DNA of 64,000 nt from the NCBI RefSeq assembly GCF_000143415.4, contig NW_003314340.1, forward strand, positions 676,161 to 740,160, in the 5' to 3' direction. The translations under genes were made by a program, and so were the position numbers. The DNA is from Selaginella moellendorffii. Its lineage: Eukaryota > Plantae > Lycopodiophyta. Position 1 is the stretch's first letter. Each line of letters starts with the position of its first letter. Under the pieces are notes generated by a model. That model searched no databases. It saw only the letters and a list, made by a program, of their open reading frames with translations, and had not been told where the DNA came from. Of this stretch, positions 22,511-34,558 are shown piece after piece.

Positions 22511-24484
22511 AATGGAGGGATTCATCTCTTGTAGTAGTGGAGTTTATTCATTGTTACATTCAATTACTGTATACATATTTTGGATTGCAATCAACAGTTA
22601 TAATTCATGGAAATTTTGCAAATTTCCCTGAGGAATTCCCAATTTTCAAGAATTCCCAGAAATTCCAACAGAAATACCCGGAATTCTATCGGGAATTACT
22701 GGGAAACCAAGTTTAGTTTCTTTTGCCGGTCGCCAGCGGCCTCCTCCTCCTCACGCCTTCAAATCCGATCGGGCCATCGCTTCCCCCAAGGATGAGCCCA
22801 GAGCCGTTGGTTATCAACGGCATAGATGGTTTCGAGATTAATTTTCTCTTTTATTCTCTCTGAAGCGAGCGCGAAGAGGAGAGACTCGCGATCCAAGCAC
22901 CGCCTTATTTGCCGCTCCTCCTCTAGAAAATGCCCAGGAGTCACGTATGAAGCGGCGGCACAAGTCCAGGGACACGAAAACTCTCATGAACTCGAGCTCC
23001 GGTTCACGATTCCCAGGTTTGCAGCTAAATTCTCAAGAGATCGTTGTGTGTCTGAACTTAGCGGGACTGGCCTCGGCTACTTTGAGTTCCTCCAAGTAAG
23101 TCTAGATTCTAGCGTGGCGTTTGTTTTGCTTCCAGTGGACTTGCAGAAGACTTGGACGCTTGGCCAATATGGTTTCAACAATGGTGCGCAGACAAAGAAC
23201 TCTCGACAAACTTCCAGCGAACTTGATAACTTTGCGCAACTTTGAATCTCCATCTTTGTCCAGGTACTTCGTCGTGAGATATGCTTTAAGTTTTAGAAAC
23301 TTTTGCTCTCATTGTCTCCAGCTCTAGCAAATATGTACTATGAGAACAAACGAGGACTGTGGCAGTAATCTCTTCAATAACCAGTTCGTAGAAACGATGG
23401 ACCAAAGGTATAGTTCTAGTCCATTTCTTCCATTTTTTCTTTGTTTTCCCAGGCCTTTGTAAGTGAGTACGCAATTACTGGCAACGATGCTGGCCGCGGG
23501 AGTCTTGGCTGCGCTCGCACAAGCAGCATTCGTGATTGGCATAGAGCGAAGTAACTTCCACTAGAAAAATAGTAGAAAGTTTTCTCTACCACAGTGATGT
23601 TGTAAGATACGCTATATGTATTGTGTTACAAGTTACGATTCCCTCTTGGTGAATACTAGCGATCACAGGTATGATAGAAAATTTCAAGATCTCCAGTGTT
23701 TTTTATATGAGAACTGTGCACTGACTTTGCCACTTGATTATAGATGGAATCTAGATTTTATAGTCTGCGACTCATGGCAATCGTATGGAACGCCATACTG
23801 GGTCAAAAGTTCTTCAAGCTCTTGAGTAAACGTTACCAGCGTGGTACTTCGGAAACAATCCATCTCGTAGGTGAGCAAAACAAGAGGTATAATGGATGGA
23901 TTTTTTGCTCTAAGGCTGGAAGCAAAAGCGTGGGATTCTAAGCTCAACATTGATGGATCATTGTGGAACTAGGCAAACTCCACGTCGCAGCAGCCAGAAT
24001 CGATTCTGTCGTCGAGCAATGCGATTCTTGATACATGACATTGCTCGACGTCAGAATCACAGCCATGAGAATCGATTCTGACGTCGAGCAAAGTCATGTA
24101 TGAGAATTCACAAAGATGCGCTATACAGATATAAAAAGAAACAAAGTTCTTAGTTAAATTTGTTTTGATCTTGACCGTGACAATGTCTTAGTGGTGAAAT
24201 GTTTTGTAGTTTAAATTAAAATTGTCAATCTATATGTATGGTCAAAACATTGACGTTCTCCTGATCGATCTGAGTGAAGTTCACGAAGAACATGATCAAA
24301 TGCGGAGGTTTTAAAGCACTGTCCAATCGTTTGATCCATTCTAACCTCTTTACCAGCCACAGTTACAAGCAATCCACTTGGCGCGTTTACATTGCGCCAG
24401 CTCAAAAAGGCTCTCTTTTCGTTGCTTTTCGGCTTTTTAGGGTTCCAGCAGCGCCGAGCGGCCGCTTCCATCGATCGAGCTCTC

Positions 24485-26230
24485 ATGGCCCCCGCATTGC
24501 CGGTCCGGGGCAAGAATCCCGCCGCCAAGCCAGCGCCGGATGAGCCTGACAGGCCGATCAAGATGAGGAGGAAGAAGAAGAAGCTGCCCCACGAGGTCGA
24601 GAATCCCCAAGGTGAGATCTCTCCTTGCAAGCCCGCGGCGTTCCTGGGCTTCTTCAAGCCTGCATTGGCAAAGAGGGCCGGCGAGGAGCCAAATCCCCAT
24701 GGTGAGATCACTATGACGAATCCAGAGGCCTTTCTTGGGTTCTTCAAGCCTCCCCGGTGGATTAGAAAGTGCCCGGCGACGCGGGATGAGGTCTACTCGC
24801 CATTGCCGCCGCCCGATCCAGCCAAAGTTCCTCGTCTCAAGAAGAAAAAGGTATGGTTTCTTTGCTCTTAGAAAGAACTAGACTTGTTTAGTTTTTTTTC
24901 TTGCAAATCTAGACCCTGTTAGTTTTCTTTCTTTCTTGCAGTGGAAGAGGAGACCTCGCGGCTATAGAGTGAGACGAGGATGGTTTTGTGAGCACGCAGG
25001 ATTGTCTCCCAGGAAAGGCCGCGGCAACAACTTCATGAACTTCACTCCGCAAGAACAGGAGGTTTTTCTCTCCACCACCAACGTTTTTCTTTCACTATCA
25101 GCTCGCGAATGGTATACTTTCAGAACGAGTTCTTCTTTGTATGAGTTTTTTAATGCTTTGGCTTTGTTGCTATGTAGATGCTGAAAGAGGCCGCGGAACG
25201 CAGGCGGAGGAGAGCCGAGGCCAAGTACAACAAGATGTACCGGTCTTATATCAGCGGCTTGGAGAATCGGCAAGGCCACATAATGCGACTGATGAGTGAC
25301 TTGGTGAATCTCGCGGATCGAAAACACCATGAGAAGCATTCGTTGCTCTACGAGCAATGGCGAGTACAAGTGTACGAGTATATTCAGCGGCAGATCGAGG
25401 ACTCTCTCGAAGAAATATCCCCTGACTATATCAAGGACAAGCTAAGTACGTTCTTCAGGAGATTTGTTTTGTTGTTACATGTCACCTCATCTTCTGTTTG
25501 TCCAGGGTGGTTCCACTATCAATATATGGCGATTGCGAACAAGCAGATGGTGATGCGGGACTATCCGAGACCGGACTACGATCCGTTTGAACCGCTCAAG
25601 CATACCATTAAATTTTCGGTGAAGGAGTTATGCGACCCTGTGAAGCACGACTTGACAAAGGTCAGTCAGTCACATTGATTTGCACGTAAGATACTAACTT
25701 ACAAGGTGACAGGAAAACACGGAGAAGCGTTTCATGGGTGATCCTGTTGCAGACCAGGCAGTGACTAAAGAAACGCTCGATCTGAAGTACTGGCCAGCAT
25801 ACCAGTTTCGCGCATCAAAGTGGGGACATATTCAGGCAGATGAGGAGGATGGTTCCGAGATTGTCATTTCGCAGCCTGAGTGAGCCGTCCTTCTCTCGGC
25901 ACCAAGTTACGAGATAACTGAATTGTTTGTTTGTGATGTTTGCAGCACATTGTATTCTCACGATGTCCTGTACAACCAAGTATTCGTCGGAGATGAATAT
26001 GTCAAAGCTGAGCTTCCAAGAGGAAAATATGTAAGTGTAACGAGTTTGACGTCAATTTCCTCTTGGCACATTCTCTCATCATACTTCACTGATCCTGGTT
26101 TTCTTTTTCGCAGATGGTTCCTAACAAAGGAATGTTACCTGAAAATCACGTGGAGAAACCACATGGGAAATGCCAGGTTTGGGATGCGGAGTTTCGAAAG
26201 CAGCCCAAGCTCAGGCTATGGTATAACTGA
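24485..26230 (+). CDS. Multi-exon protein, probably FAM228-like (cilia/flagellum-associated family); 3' end approximate
   Basis: Spliced exons give ...LLYEQWRVQVYEYIQRQI...DYDPFEPL...LCDPVKHDL..., resembling the FAM228 signatures (W...V..PIQ..I, YDPF, L.DP.K). The family call is from memory. Confidence 0.45.
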
Positions 26231-26436
26231 AGTCAACAGTGGTTTCGGGCGTCAGCATGCATGGGTTTGCGAGACAAGTGTTATATCTAGCATATGTTTT
26301 AGCATATCTGCCTAATATTTTGATGTTACAGGAAAGCATGTTGTACATTACGAGCATTCGTTTGCGTGCTCTCTCAACGAGAGCCATTAAAAAACGTTCT
26401 CCAGCATGCTCAAAAAAAATTCTATCCTTACTTGAC

Positions 26437-27558
26437 TTAGAGCAACGGGTAAAGCTGTTGCTGTTGTTGCCGCCTGCAGGAAGGAAGAGGTGATCTGCAA
26501 GTGCTCTGGACGTCGTCGTCCTCAAGGTTTACCTTTATCCTCTTTCTAGCTTGCATGTGTTCCAAGATGTCGCTGATCGTACTTGGTGCTCTTTTCAGTG
26601 TTGGAGACTGCTCCCAGCCTCCAAAGAGATTGCCTTGCGGATAGAGGGACCAGTACGTACTCAGCTCCGAGGTGTTGCCAAAACACGGCTCCGAGCTGGA
26701 ACTCTTTGGATAGTCGTCGTGGTACTGACTTTGCTGGGGCACTCCACTTCGGTTGGATAGATCTTCAGGCATATCGTCGGGCAAGCAGCTGGCAGTCATC
26801 AGGTTCTCATGAGCACAGAACTGGGGAAGCGCTAGCTTGGAGTTATCTATGTCCGGCAAGGCTGCCAGCATTTCGTCCAACCCGGACTCGGACTCCTCGG
26901 CCTCGGCCTCCTGCTCGGGCTCCATCTCGGCTTCCGGCTCGGGCTCAGTGTGACGCGACGACACCATGACTTTGAAGGCCCCGCTGGTTTTTTCATATAT
27001 CCGACACAGCACCCAGTCATCCAGCTGAAAAAAAGACGAGACACAGTGAGCCCCCAATTCGGATAAGAGCAGGCAGGTGGAACTTACTCGGAGAGATTTG
27101 TGATCCTTGGCCGGCTTGTGGCTGCTCGACTCGACCAGCCGGTACTCGTGCATTATCCAGTTGGTCTTGACGCCCTTTGGAGCTTTTCCATCGTAGAAGA
27201 CGAGGGCCTTCTTGACGCCAACTTTGCGGTTGCCTCGGGTGTGAATCGGTTTGTCAGTGCCGGTGGCCTTCCAGTAGCCGGACCCGGCTGCTCGGTTGGG
27301 GCGAGCACCGTTTGGATACTTTCGGTCTCTGGGAGTGAAGAAGTACCACTCTCGCTCGCCGAAGTAGGCCTTGCTCGGGAGATCCCAGGGGCTGAACTTG
27401 TAGAGGTCTACTTCGGCTATCACAGGAACAGGGAATGGTTTGGACTCGGCCTTCTTGCACAAGTAGTGGACGACGAGCTCCTCGTCTGTGGGATGGAACC
27501 TGAAGCCAGCAGGCAAATGCAGCTGTGACGAGGAGGGGGAGAACTTCGCTGGAGCCAT
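26437..27558 (-). CDS. NAC transcription factor, ATAF/stress-NAC type; one 63-nt in-frame intron at 27025-27087
   Basis: [59 protein letters not shown] and SLR|[10 protein letters not shown]. Confidence 0.96.
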   Translation of the reverse strand: MAPAKFSPSSSQLHLPAGFRFHPTDEELVVHYLCKKAESKPFPVPVIAEVDLYKFSPWDLPSKAYFGEREWYFFTPRDRKYPNGARPNRAAGSGYWKATGTDKPIHTRGNRKVGVKKALVFYDGKAPKGVKTNWIMHEYRLVESSSHKPAKDHKSLRVSSTCLLLSELGAHCVSSFFQLDDWVLCRIYEKTSGAFKVMVSSRHTEPEPEAEMEPEQEAEAEESESGLDEMLAALPDIDNSKLALPQFCAHENLMTASCLPDDMPEDLSNRSGVPQQSQYHDDYPKSSSSEPCFGNTSELSTYWSLYPQGNLFGGWEQSPTLKRAPSTISDILEHMQARKRIKVNLEDDDVQSTCRSPLPSCRRQQQQQLYPLL

Positions 27559-28204
27559 CTCCGACTTTGAGGTACTTTACTGTTGCTTGGCTAAAATCTC
27601 TTCTTCTGTGAAACCCGAGTCTATAAACTCTCTATGCTAAGATCCTGGTCGCCCTTTTCAGGTGCGCAGCTCCTTCTGCTCGATTAAGTCGCGAGAAATC
27701 GCGAGAAAACGAAGGGGGTGCTGCTACTCTGAGCTGCGCTTCCACGCTTCCACCACGAAGTCTCGCTGGACGATTCTATCTTAATTGTGCGCCAAGTGAG
27801 TGAAGAGCTCTCCTCTCATGATCTTCCCTTCTCTTCACAGGGTGCTTGTTTCTATTGCAGCTTATAGTAGGGCCTTAAAAGCTTAAGTGCCTTGGACAGA
27901 CTTTCTAGAACGACGACTTACTGGAAGGCCCACCGGTTTTAACTAGATACTTTTTGACTTGTATAGTGTGTGAGACGTGGTAAATTATCCTCGAGAGCGA
28001 GCAAAACTGGGCTATCTGCGGGGTAAGTTTACCGAAAAGCTACGTAGCGCCTAACAGGGATATCCCTGGCGACGAGTACAAAAGGAAGCTTCCTAGCGTG
28101 CTTCCCTGGACTTTATGGAGATGTTGCATATATTGATTTATTTTGACAGAGTCAATATCCAAAGATCAAAGTTTTTAAAAACATTTAAGTTCTCTTTAGT
28201 TTGA

Positions 28205-28450
28205 TCATTGACCATTGACCGAGCGATCGTGGCGGCCGAATCCGGTGAATGCTGCGAGCGGCAAGGGTTCAAACGGCCTGACCATTGACCATAAACCGCT
28301 GGCCGGCCATACAGGGGATCGTTGACCGCAATGACCGGGGGGGTTTGAATGCGTTTGACTGGCGGCTGTTGCGCAGCTGCTTGGTGGCCTTCTCGGACGT
28401 GGCGTGGTGATCTTGGAATTTGTTGACCAAACCGGGTTGCCAGGGTCAAC
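28205..28450. promoter_or_regulatory. W-box cluster (TTGACC/T) between the divergent NAC and NAD synthetase genes
   Basis: About seven TTGACY/RGTCAA motifs in about 250 bp. Confidence 0.45.
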
Positions 28451-28916
28451 CATCTTCAACGTGACCGTTTCCAATTTCTTTTGCGTTGCCCATTGAGGAA
28501 TGCTTTCTTTAGACGTGAGGGAAGCATCGCAAGAAGGAACACCCAAAATTTCGCGAGAAAGTTCCTCTTCTTTTTTTAAGGGGATCGAACTCCCGTCATT
28601 TTCAATTTTGCCCTAGAAGGACAAAACCCTAAAGTGATTGTCAACAGGATCACGTGCATTCTTGTTTTTACGGCGAGGTGGCGGCGTGCATGCGTGACAA
28701 TGGGGAAAGTTCAGGGGAGCTTTCCATGCTATGGAACCAAAAGTTGATGCTTCTAGCAATTTAGGTGTTTAATTGACATCTTTATATGTCCTAAAATAAT
28801 GCAGCTTTCATGTGGCCTTATCTTTTCGGTTGGAAATGGACGGCCACGATCAGGAGCATACGATGTGTACACGTGGCGGCAATGTGAGGTTTTAGGGTTC
28901 CAGAGCGAGCAAGAGA

Positions 28917-31779
28917 ATGAGGTTAGTGAAGGTCTCTACGTGTAGCTTGAATCAATGGGCTATGGATTTCGAGGGCAACCTCGGCCGGATCAACGAGTCC
29001 ATCCGCCAGGCGCGAGCTGCTGGATCGGTGCTCCGCGTCGGCCCCGAGCTAGAAATCACCGGCTATGGCTGCGACGATCACTTCCTGGAGAACGACACCA
29101 GCGCTCACGCGTAAGCTTAGAATTTCTAGATTTGTGGGAGTGATTGATGTGCATTGTTGTTTCTAGATGGGAGTGTCTCGCGGAAATTTTGTCCTCGGAT
29201 TTAACCTATGGGATCGTGTGTGATATCGGGATGCCTGTTGTGTCCGATGGCGTTCGCTACAATTGCCGGGTTTTTTGCCTCGATGGAAAGATCCTTCTCA
29301 TTCGTCCCAAGAAGTTCCTGGCCAACGATGGGAATTACCGCGAGCTGAGATGGTTCGCGGCTTGGCAGCATCACAACTCGGTGATCGAGTACAAGCTCCC
29401 GGAGATCATCTGGTCCAAAACTTCGCAGAAGACGGTCACGTTTGGTGATGCCTACGTTTCGTTCTTGGATACGTAAGTGATTGTCTTGCTCGTTTTTCTT
29501 GCTCTCAATCTTGGTTTTTTTTGTTCTTCTCTTTCTTTCAGAGCTGTTGCTGTAGAGACTTGCGAAGAACTCTTCACTCCATGGTCGCCACACATTGGCC
29601 TGGCACTAAATGGAGTGGAGATCATTGTAAATGGGAGTGGAAGTCATCATCAGCTTAGAAAACTCAACACAAGGATTGAGTTGATGCAAGGAGCTACGCA
29701 TAAGGCTGGTGGAGTTTATCTATACGCTAACCAGCAAGGCTGTGATGGTGCCCGTCTCTATTATGGTAAGCTTTGCTTCTCCAGTGAATAAGTTTTTTTA
29801 CGTCATGAAATGCTAGACGGATGTGCGACCGTTTTCGTGAATGGCGATATGGTGGTCCAGGGCTCTCAGTTTTCATTAGCCGATGTGGAAGTCTTGACTG
29901 CTTGTGTTGATTTGGACGCGGTAAGATCGGAAAAAATATTTGTTTTAGTTCTGTTGACACGAATTTGCAGGTTTCGACTTTCAGAGGATCTATTAGCAGT
30001 TTAAGAGAACAGGCCAGCCAGCATAAGTTTATGCCCTACGTTTCTGTTGATTTTCGGCTTTCTAGGCCGGACGATAGCCTTCTTTTATTTCCTACGCTAC
30101 CGATACTGGTGGGATCCTTACTTTATGATAAAGTGGTTGATCTATTTGTTTGTTACGTGCACGCAGCCTAGATACTACTTACCCGAGGAGGAGATAGCTC
30201 TTGGTCCTGCTTGCTGGTTGTGGGATTATTTGCGACGTTGTGGTGCGACAGGATATCTCCTCCCGCTATCTGGAGGAGCAGATAGCTCCTCTGTGGCCGC
30301 TATTGTGGGATCGATGTGCCAACTTGTAATAAGAGGTATGCTCTTCGCCTGAAGTTTCATGGAAAGTTTGATTTTGATCTTTTTGGTGTGTAGCTATTGA
30401 AGAAGGTGATGAGCAAGTTTTAAACGATGCCATCAGGATAGGAAACTACGAGAATGGGAAGGTGCCAAAAAGCGCCGAGGAGTTTGCAAACCGGATTGTC
30501 TTCACCGTTTATATGGGATCTGAGAACAGGTAGAAAAGTTTAGGCTTTGTTGATTGACTAAGTTTTTTCTTGTTTTCAGCTCAGCGCAAACTCTCAATCG
30601 TGCAGCTCAACTCGCTTCGCAAATTGGAGCTTCTCATATGGATCTCAAAATCGATAAAATAGTATCAGCGTTGGTGTCGCTGTTTACAAGCTTGACTGGA
30701 AAAGTTCCTCGTTACAAGGTAAGCCTCATTTTATATGTTCAGCGCCTGACAACAGGGCTTTTTCAGGTGGATGGAGGTTCTACTGCTGAGAATCTCGCTC
30801 TACAGAATTTACAAGCTAGAATCAGGATGGTGATTGCCTATATGCTTGCATCACTACTCCCTTGGGTGAAAGGGAAGAGGGGATTCTTTCTTGTTCTAGG
30901 AAGCGCGAACGTAGACGAAGGTCTACGAGGATATCTTACAAAAGTAAGTGCATGTGTTTAAGTTTGTTCATAGTCCTAATATATGCTGTTCAGTATGACT
31001 GTAGCTCGGCAGATTTAAATCCAATTGGTGGCATAAGCAAGCAGGATTTGCGATCATTTCTTCGCTGGTGTGTAAATAATCTCCACTATCCCATTCTTGC
31101 GGAGGTTGTATCAGCTCCACCGACGGCAGAGCTTGAGCCAATCAGAGAAAACTATTCGCAGGTAGTTTGAACACTCCTTTCAGTTCTTTTGTCCTGGAGA
31201 CGAATTACTACATTGTCGTTTTCGCAGACTGACGAAGAGGACATGGGGATGACATATGAGGAGCTTTCAATGTATGGCCGTCTCCGCAAGATCTTTCATT
31301 GTGGCCCCGTGTCTATGTTTAAGGTGTGTTTCGTAGCATCTTTCCTCCACGACACTGATGTGATTCTCTGCAGAACTTATGCCACCGATGGCATGGCAAG
31401 CTTGATCCAGGCCAGGTAGCCATAAAAGTCAAAGACTTTTTCCGGTTCTACGCGATCAATCGCCACAAAATGACCACCATAACTCCTGCGTATCATGCTG
31501 AGGTATGGTGTAAGAAAAACAGTCCAGCCGATTTCATTTTTTCTTTTTTTCTTTGACTTCTTGCAGAATTACTCGCCAGATGACAACCGATTCGATCAGA
31601 GGCAATTCCTCTACAACACTAGGTGGCCCTGGCAATTCAAGAAAATCGATGAGATCGTGGAGCGCGCTGCGAAGACAGTAGTGACTGAGGAGCCAACTAA
31701 AGCTGAAGAAGCGAGCAAACTGGCAACTGGAATGGGAGTTCCCGCGGCTGCCTCTGGCAATCCTTTGGTTGGAATGTGA
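28917..31779 (+). CDS. QNS1: Glutamine-dependent NAD+ synthetase (nitrilase plus synthetase domains), multi-exon
   Basis: [78 protein letters not shown] and YSPDDNRFD. Confidence 0.97.
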
Positions 31780-33230
31780 TAGCACGAAGTCACAACCATA
31801 CACGACCGTCGGATTGTAGCATCTCACGGTCTAGATTCGTAGTTGGAGATAACATTGGTATTAATGCTCTCCATTCTTTTAATGCGTGGTTCTAAAGTAT
31901 TGCAGCATGGCAGCTTTTCCACCTTTTGATCAGCTGCAGCATCTCATTCTTGCTCTAAGTTTGGATCAGGTAAGAGCTTTTCCTTCCTCTTTGTTTTCAT
32001 CTAGAACACATTGTCGACAATGGTGGTGTGGAAGCATTGCTCACACTCTCGTTCGAGTTAGAATCAACAAGTACAGAAATAGAGTAGCTCAGGTACGCAT
32101 TTCTTCCAGTTTCTCTCCTGTTAATAGTAAGCTAGTGCAGGCAGGGAATTTCTTGGTGGATGGGAATTTTTCCCGTGACTACACATTCTCACCTTCAAAA
32201 GAATGGCTCGCTAAATGTCCAAGCTGGGACAAGTTTCGTGGATTTCGAGTTCCAGGAAGGAAGTAAGTTTCAAATTCTGTTACTAGCAAGGGTGATACTG
32301 TTTGCAGGTTAAAACTGGAAAGCTAACTTCGTAAGAACTAAGTTCGCGGTTTATGGCACAATTATGCATGCGTTGCATTCGGACTTGCAGAAGGGGGACT
32401 ATCAAACATCCAACAGGTGATTGATTGAAGCTGGATTCACAGTTTCAAATAAACTTTCCCGCAACTGGACGAGCGTCTCAAAGAGCTCAACTTCACGCAA
32501 CTCAGAGGCCGTTTCCTAGGCCGTTCTCAACACTGTCAGCATCCTCTGGAGGCACCTGACTCTTCACAGCAAGCTTGCCGAGGCCATGGGCACTGGTAAA
32601 AGTGTAGGCCAATTGAAACTGAGCTTGCGGGATGCACGAACCTCTAAGCTTTACACAGATCACAAACAATATCCAGTTAAGTGTCTCTCGTTCTCTCTCA
32701 GCTTAAGGAATGATTTACTTGAACGAGATCACATTAATAGCACAAAATCCAAATCTTGAAAGCTCTACATTTACAAAACGATGGCAGCCTATTCGTGTTA
32801 ACTTATCAAAAGTGTGGAAGCTACAGAAGTGCGCGTGTGCTTGTTTGAATTTCTCTAGGTCATTGACACACTTACACTTGCAAGCTTGAACACGTCCTTG
32901 ACAAATCCTTTCGAGCGCTTGGTGCAATTTCATGCGACCCACCACCATGACCTGCAGAGAAAAAGATTTCAAATATTCAATCCAAAGTTCACGGATTCAA
33001 AAGGAGCTTACCTCCAGAATTACGAGATGATCACCACTGAGCTGTGAGCGATCTAGAATTTAAAAAAAAACACCATCAAAGTATGAGTGCGAGTGAAAGA
33101 ATAGTTCTCTCTTTTTGATATACATGAATCCCAGAAACGCTGTTACCTCTTCCAGCCTTCCCGTGGATCTTAAAAGTGACGTCGAGTCTATTCCTCCTGC
33201 CCCGCTAATTCATTTCCAGTTGTGTTCTCT

Positions 33231-34248
33231 TTACATGGGATCCGAGAACAGGTAGGCTAGAAAGTTTTTCGGATTTGTTAAGTGAATGTAAGATTTTTAT
33301 TTTTCAGCTCAGCGCCGACGCTCAATCGTGCAGGTCAACTCGCCTCGCAAAAAATCGATAAAATAGTATCAGCGTTGGTGTCGCCGTTTACAAGCTTGAC
33401 TGGAAAAGTTCCTCGTTACAAGGTAGGCCTCATTTTTATATGTTCAGCCTCTTGGCAACAGTTGGATGGAGATGGCTATTGCTCAGAATCTCGATCTACA
33501 AAGTCTACAAGCTAGGAGCAGGATGGTGATTGCCTATATGCTTGCATCACTATTCCCTTGGGGGACAGGGAAGAGTGGATTCTTTCTTGTTCTAATTAAG
33601 TTCGTTCATTGTCCTTTTGGTATGACTGTAGCTCGGCAGATTTAAATCCAGTTGGTGGCCTAAGCAAGCAGGATTTGCGATCATTTCTCCGCTGGTGTGC
33701 AAATAATCTCCACTATCCCATTCTTGCGGGAGAGCCAATTAGAGAAAACTATTCACAGGTAGTTGAAACACTCCTTTCCCGTTCCCTTTTCTCGGAGACG
33801 CATTACTATATGTTGCATTTGTTGTTTTCGAAACATCAAGTACGCAAGATCTTTCATTGTGGCCCCGTATCCAATGTGCTTAGGCCACCAACTGGCCGTT
33901 TTAAGGTGTGCTTCGATGTGATATTCCGCAGGACGTATGCCATCGGTGGCATGGCAAGCTTGACCCGGGCCAGGTAGCCATAAAAGTTGATCCAGTTCTA
34001 CTCGATCAATCGCCAAGAATTGACCAATAACTCCTACATATCATATCATTTCTTCTTTTTTTTTTGTTTTTTCTTCTTTGGCTTCTTGCAGAATTACTCG
34101 CCGGATGACAACCGATTCGATCAGCTCTACAGCACTAGGTGGCCCTGGCAATTCAAGAAAATCGATGAGATCGTCGAGCCAACTAAAGCTCAAACTGCCA
34201 ACTGGAATGGCAATCCTTTGGTTGGAAAGTGATAGCACAAAGTCACAG
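33231..34248 (+). pseudogene. Partial, intron-containing duplicate of the 3' half of the NAD synthetase gene
   Basis: Colinear with about 30509-31795, including introns and the start of the 3' UTR, with stops, frameshifts and multiple internal deletions. Confidence 0.92.
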
Positions 34249-34274
34249 GTAGAGAACTAAGTTCTTCATTGGGC

Positions 34275-34347
34275 TCTCATGGTTCTAATTTAATTGCTTT
34301 TCTCTCATGGTTCTAATATATAATTTTCTCTCTCTCATGGTTCTAAT
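34275..34347 (+). repeat. Short tandem repeat, CTCTCATGGTTCTAAT x3
   Basis: Three copies with spacers of about 12-14 nt. Confidence 0.7.
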
Positions 34348-34558
34348 CTTTTATGGTTTTACTTAAGCTATTTTTTTGCTTGGCTATGCGTTTCTTCGCG
34401 AGATGACACGTGACAAAGCTTCTGAGCATGAAGTGTAGCGTGACTGGATCATATATGCTTTTACTTTTTCATACTTCTCCCAGAGGGACTGTTGCATGAA
34501 GGAAAGAGAGGGGCCTCTTTTTAGGGATTTTTGGGGCGATCGAGCGGCCTAGGCGCCA

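Noticed and set aside
23559-23596. CACTAG as the terminus of the CACTA-like element
   Set aside because: No matching inverted terminus with a 3-bp TSD was found by eye, and the orientation does not fit the upstream transposase.
31886-33050. Exon-like fragments on both strands between NAD synthetase and its pseudogene
   Set aside because: No recognisable domain or consistent gene model.
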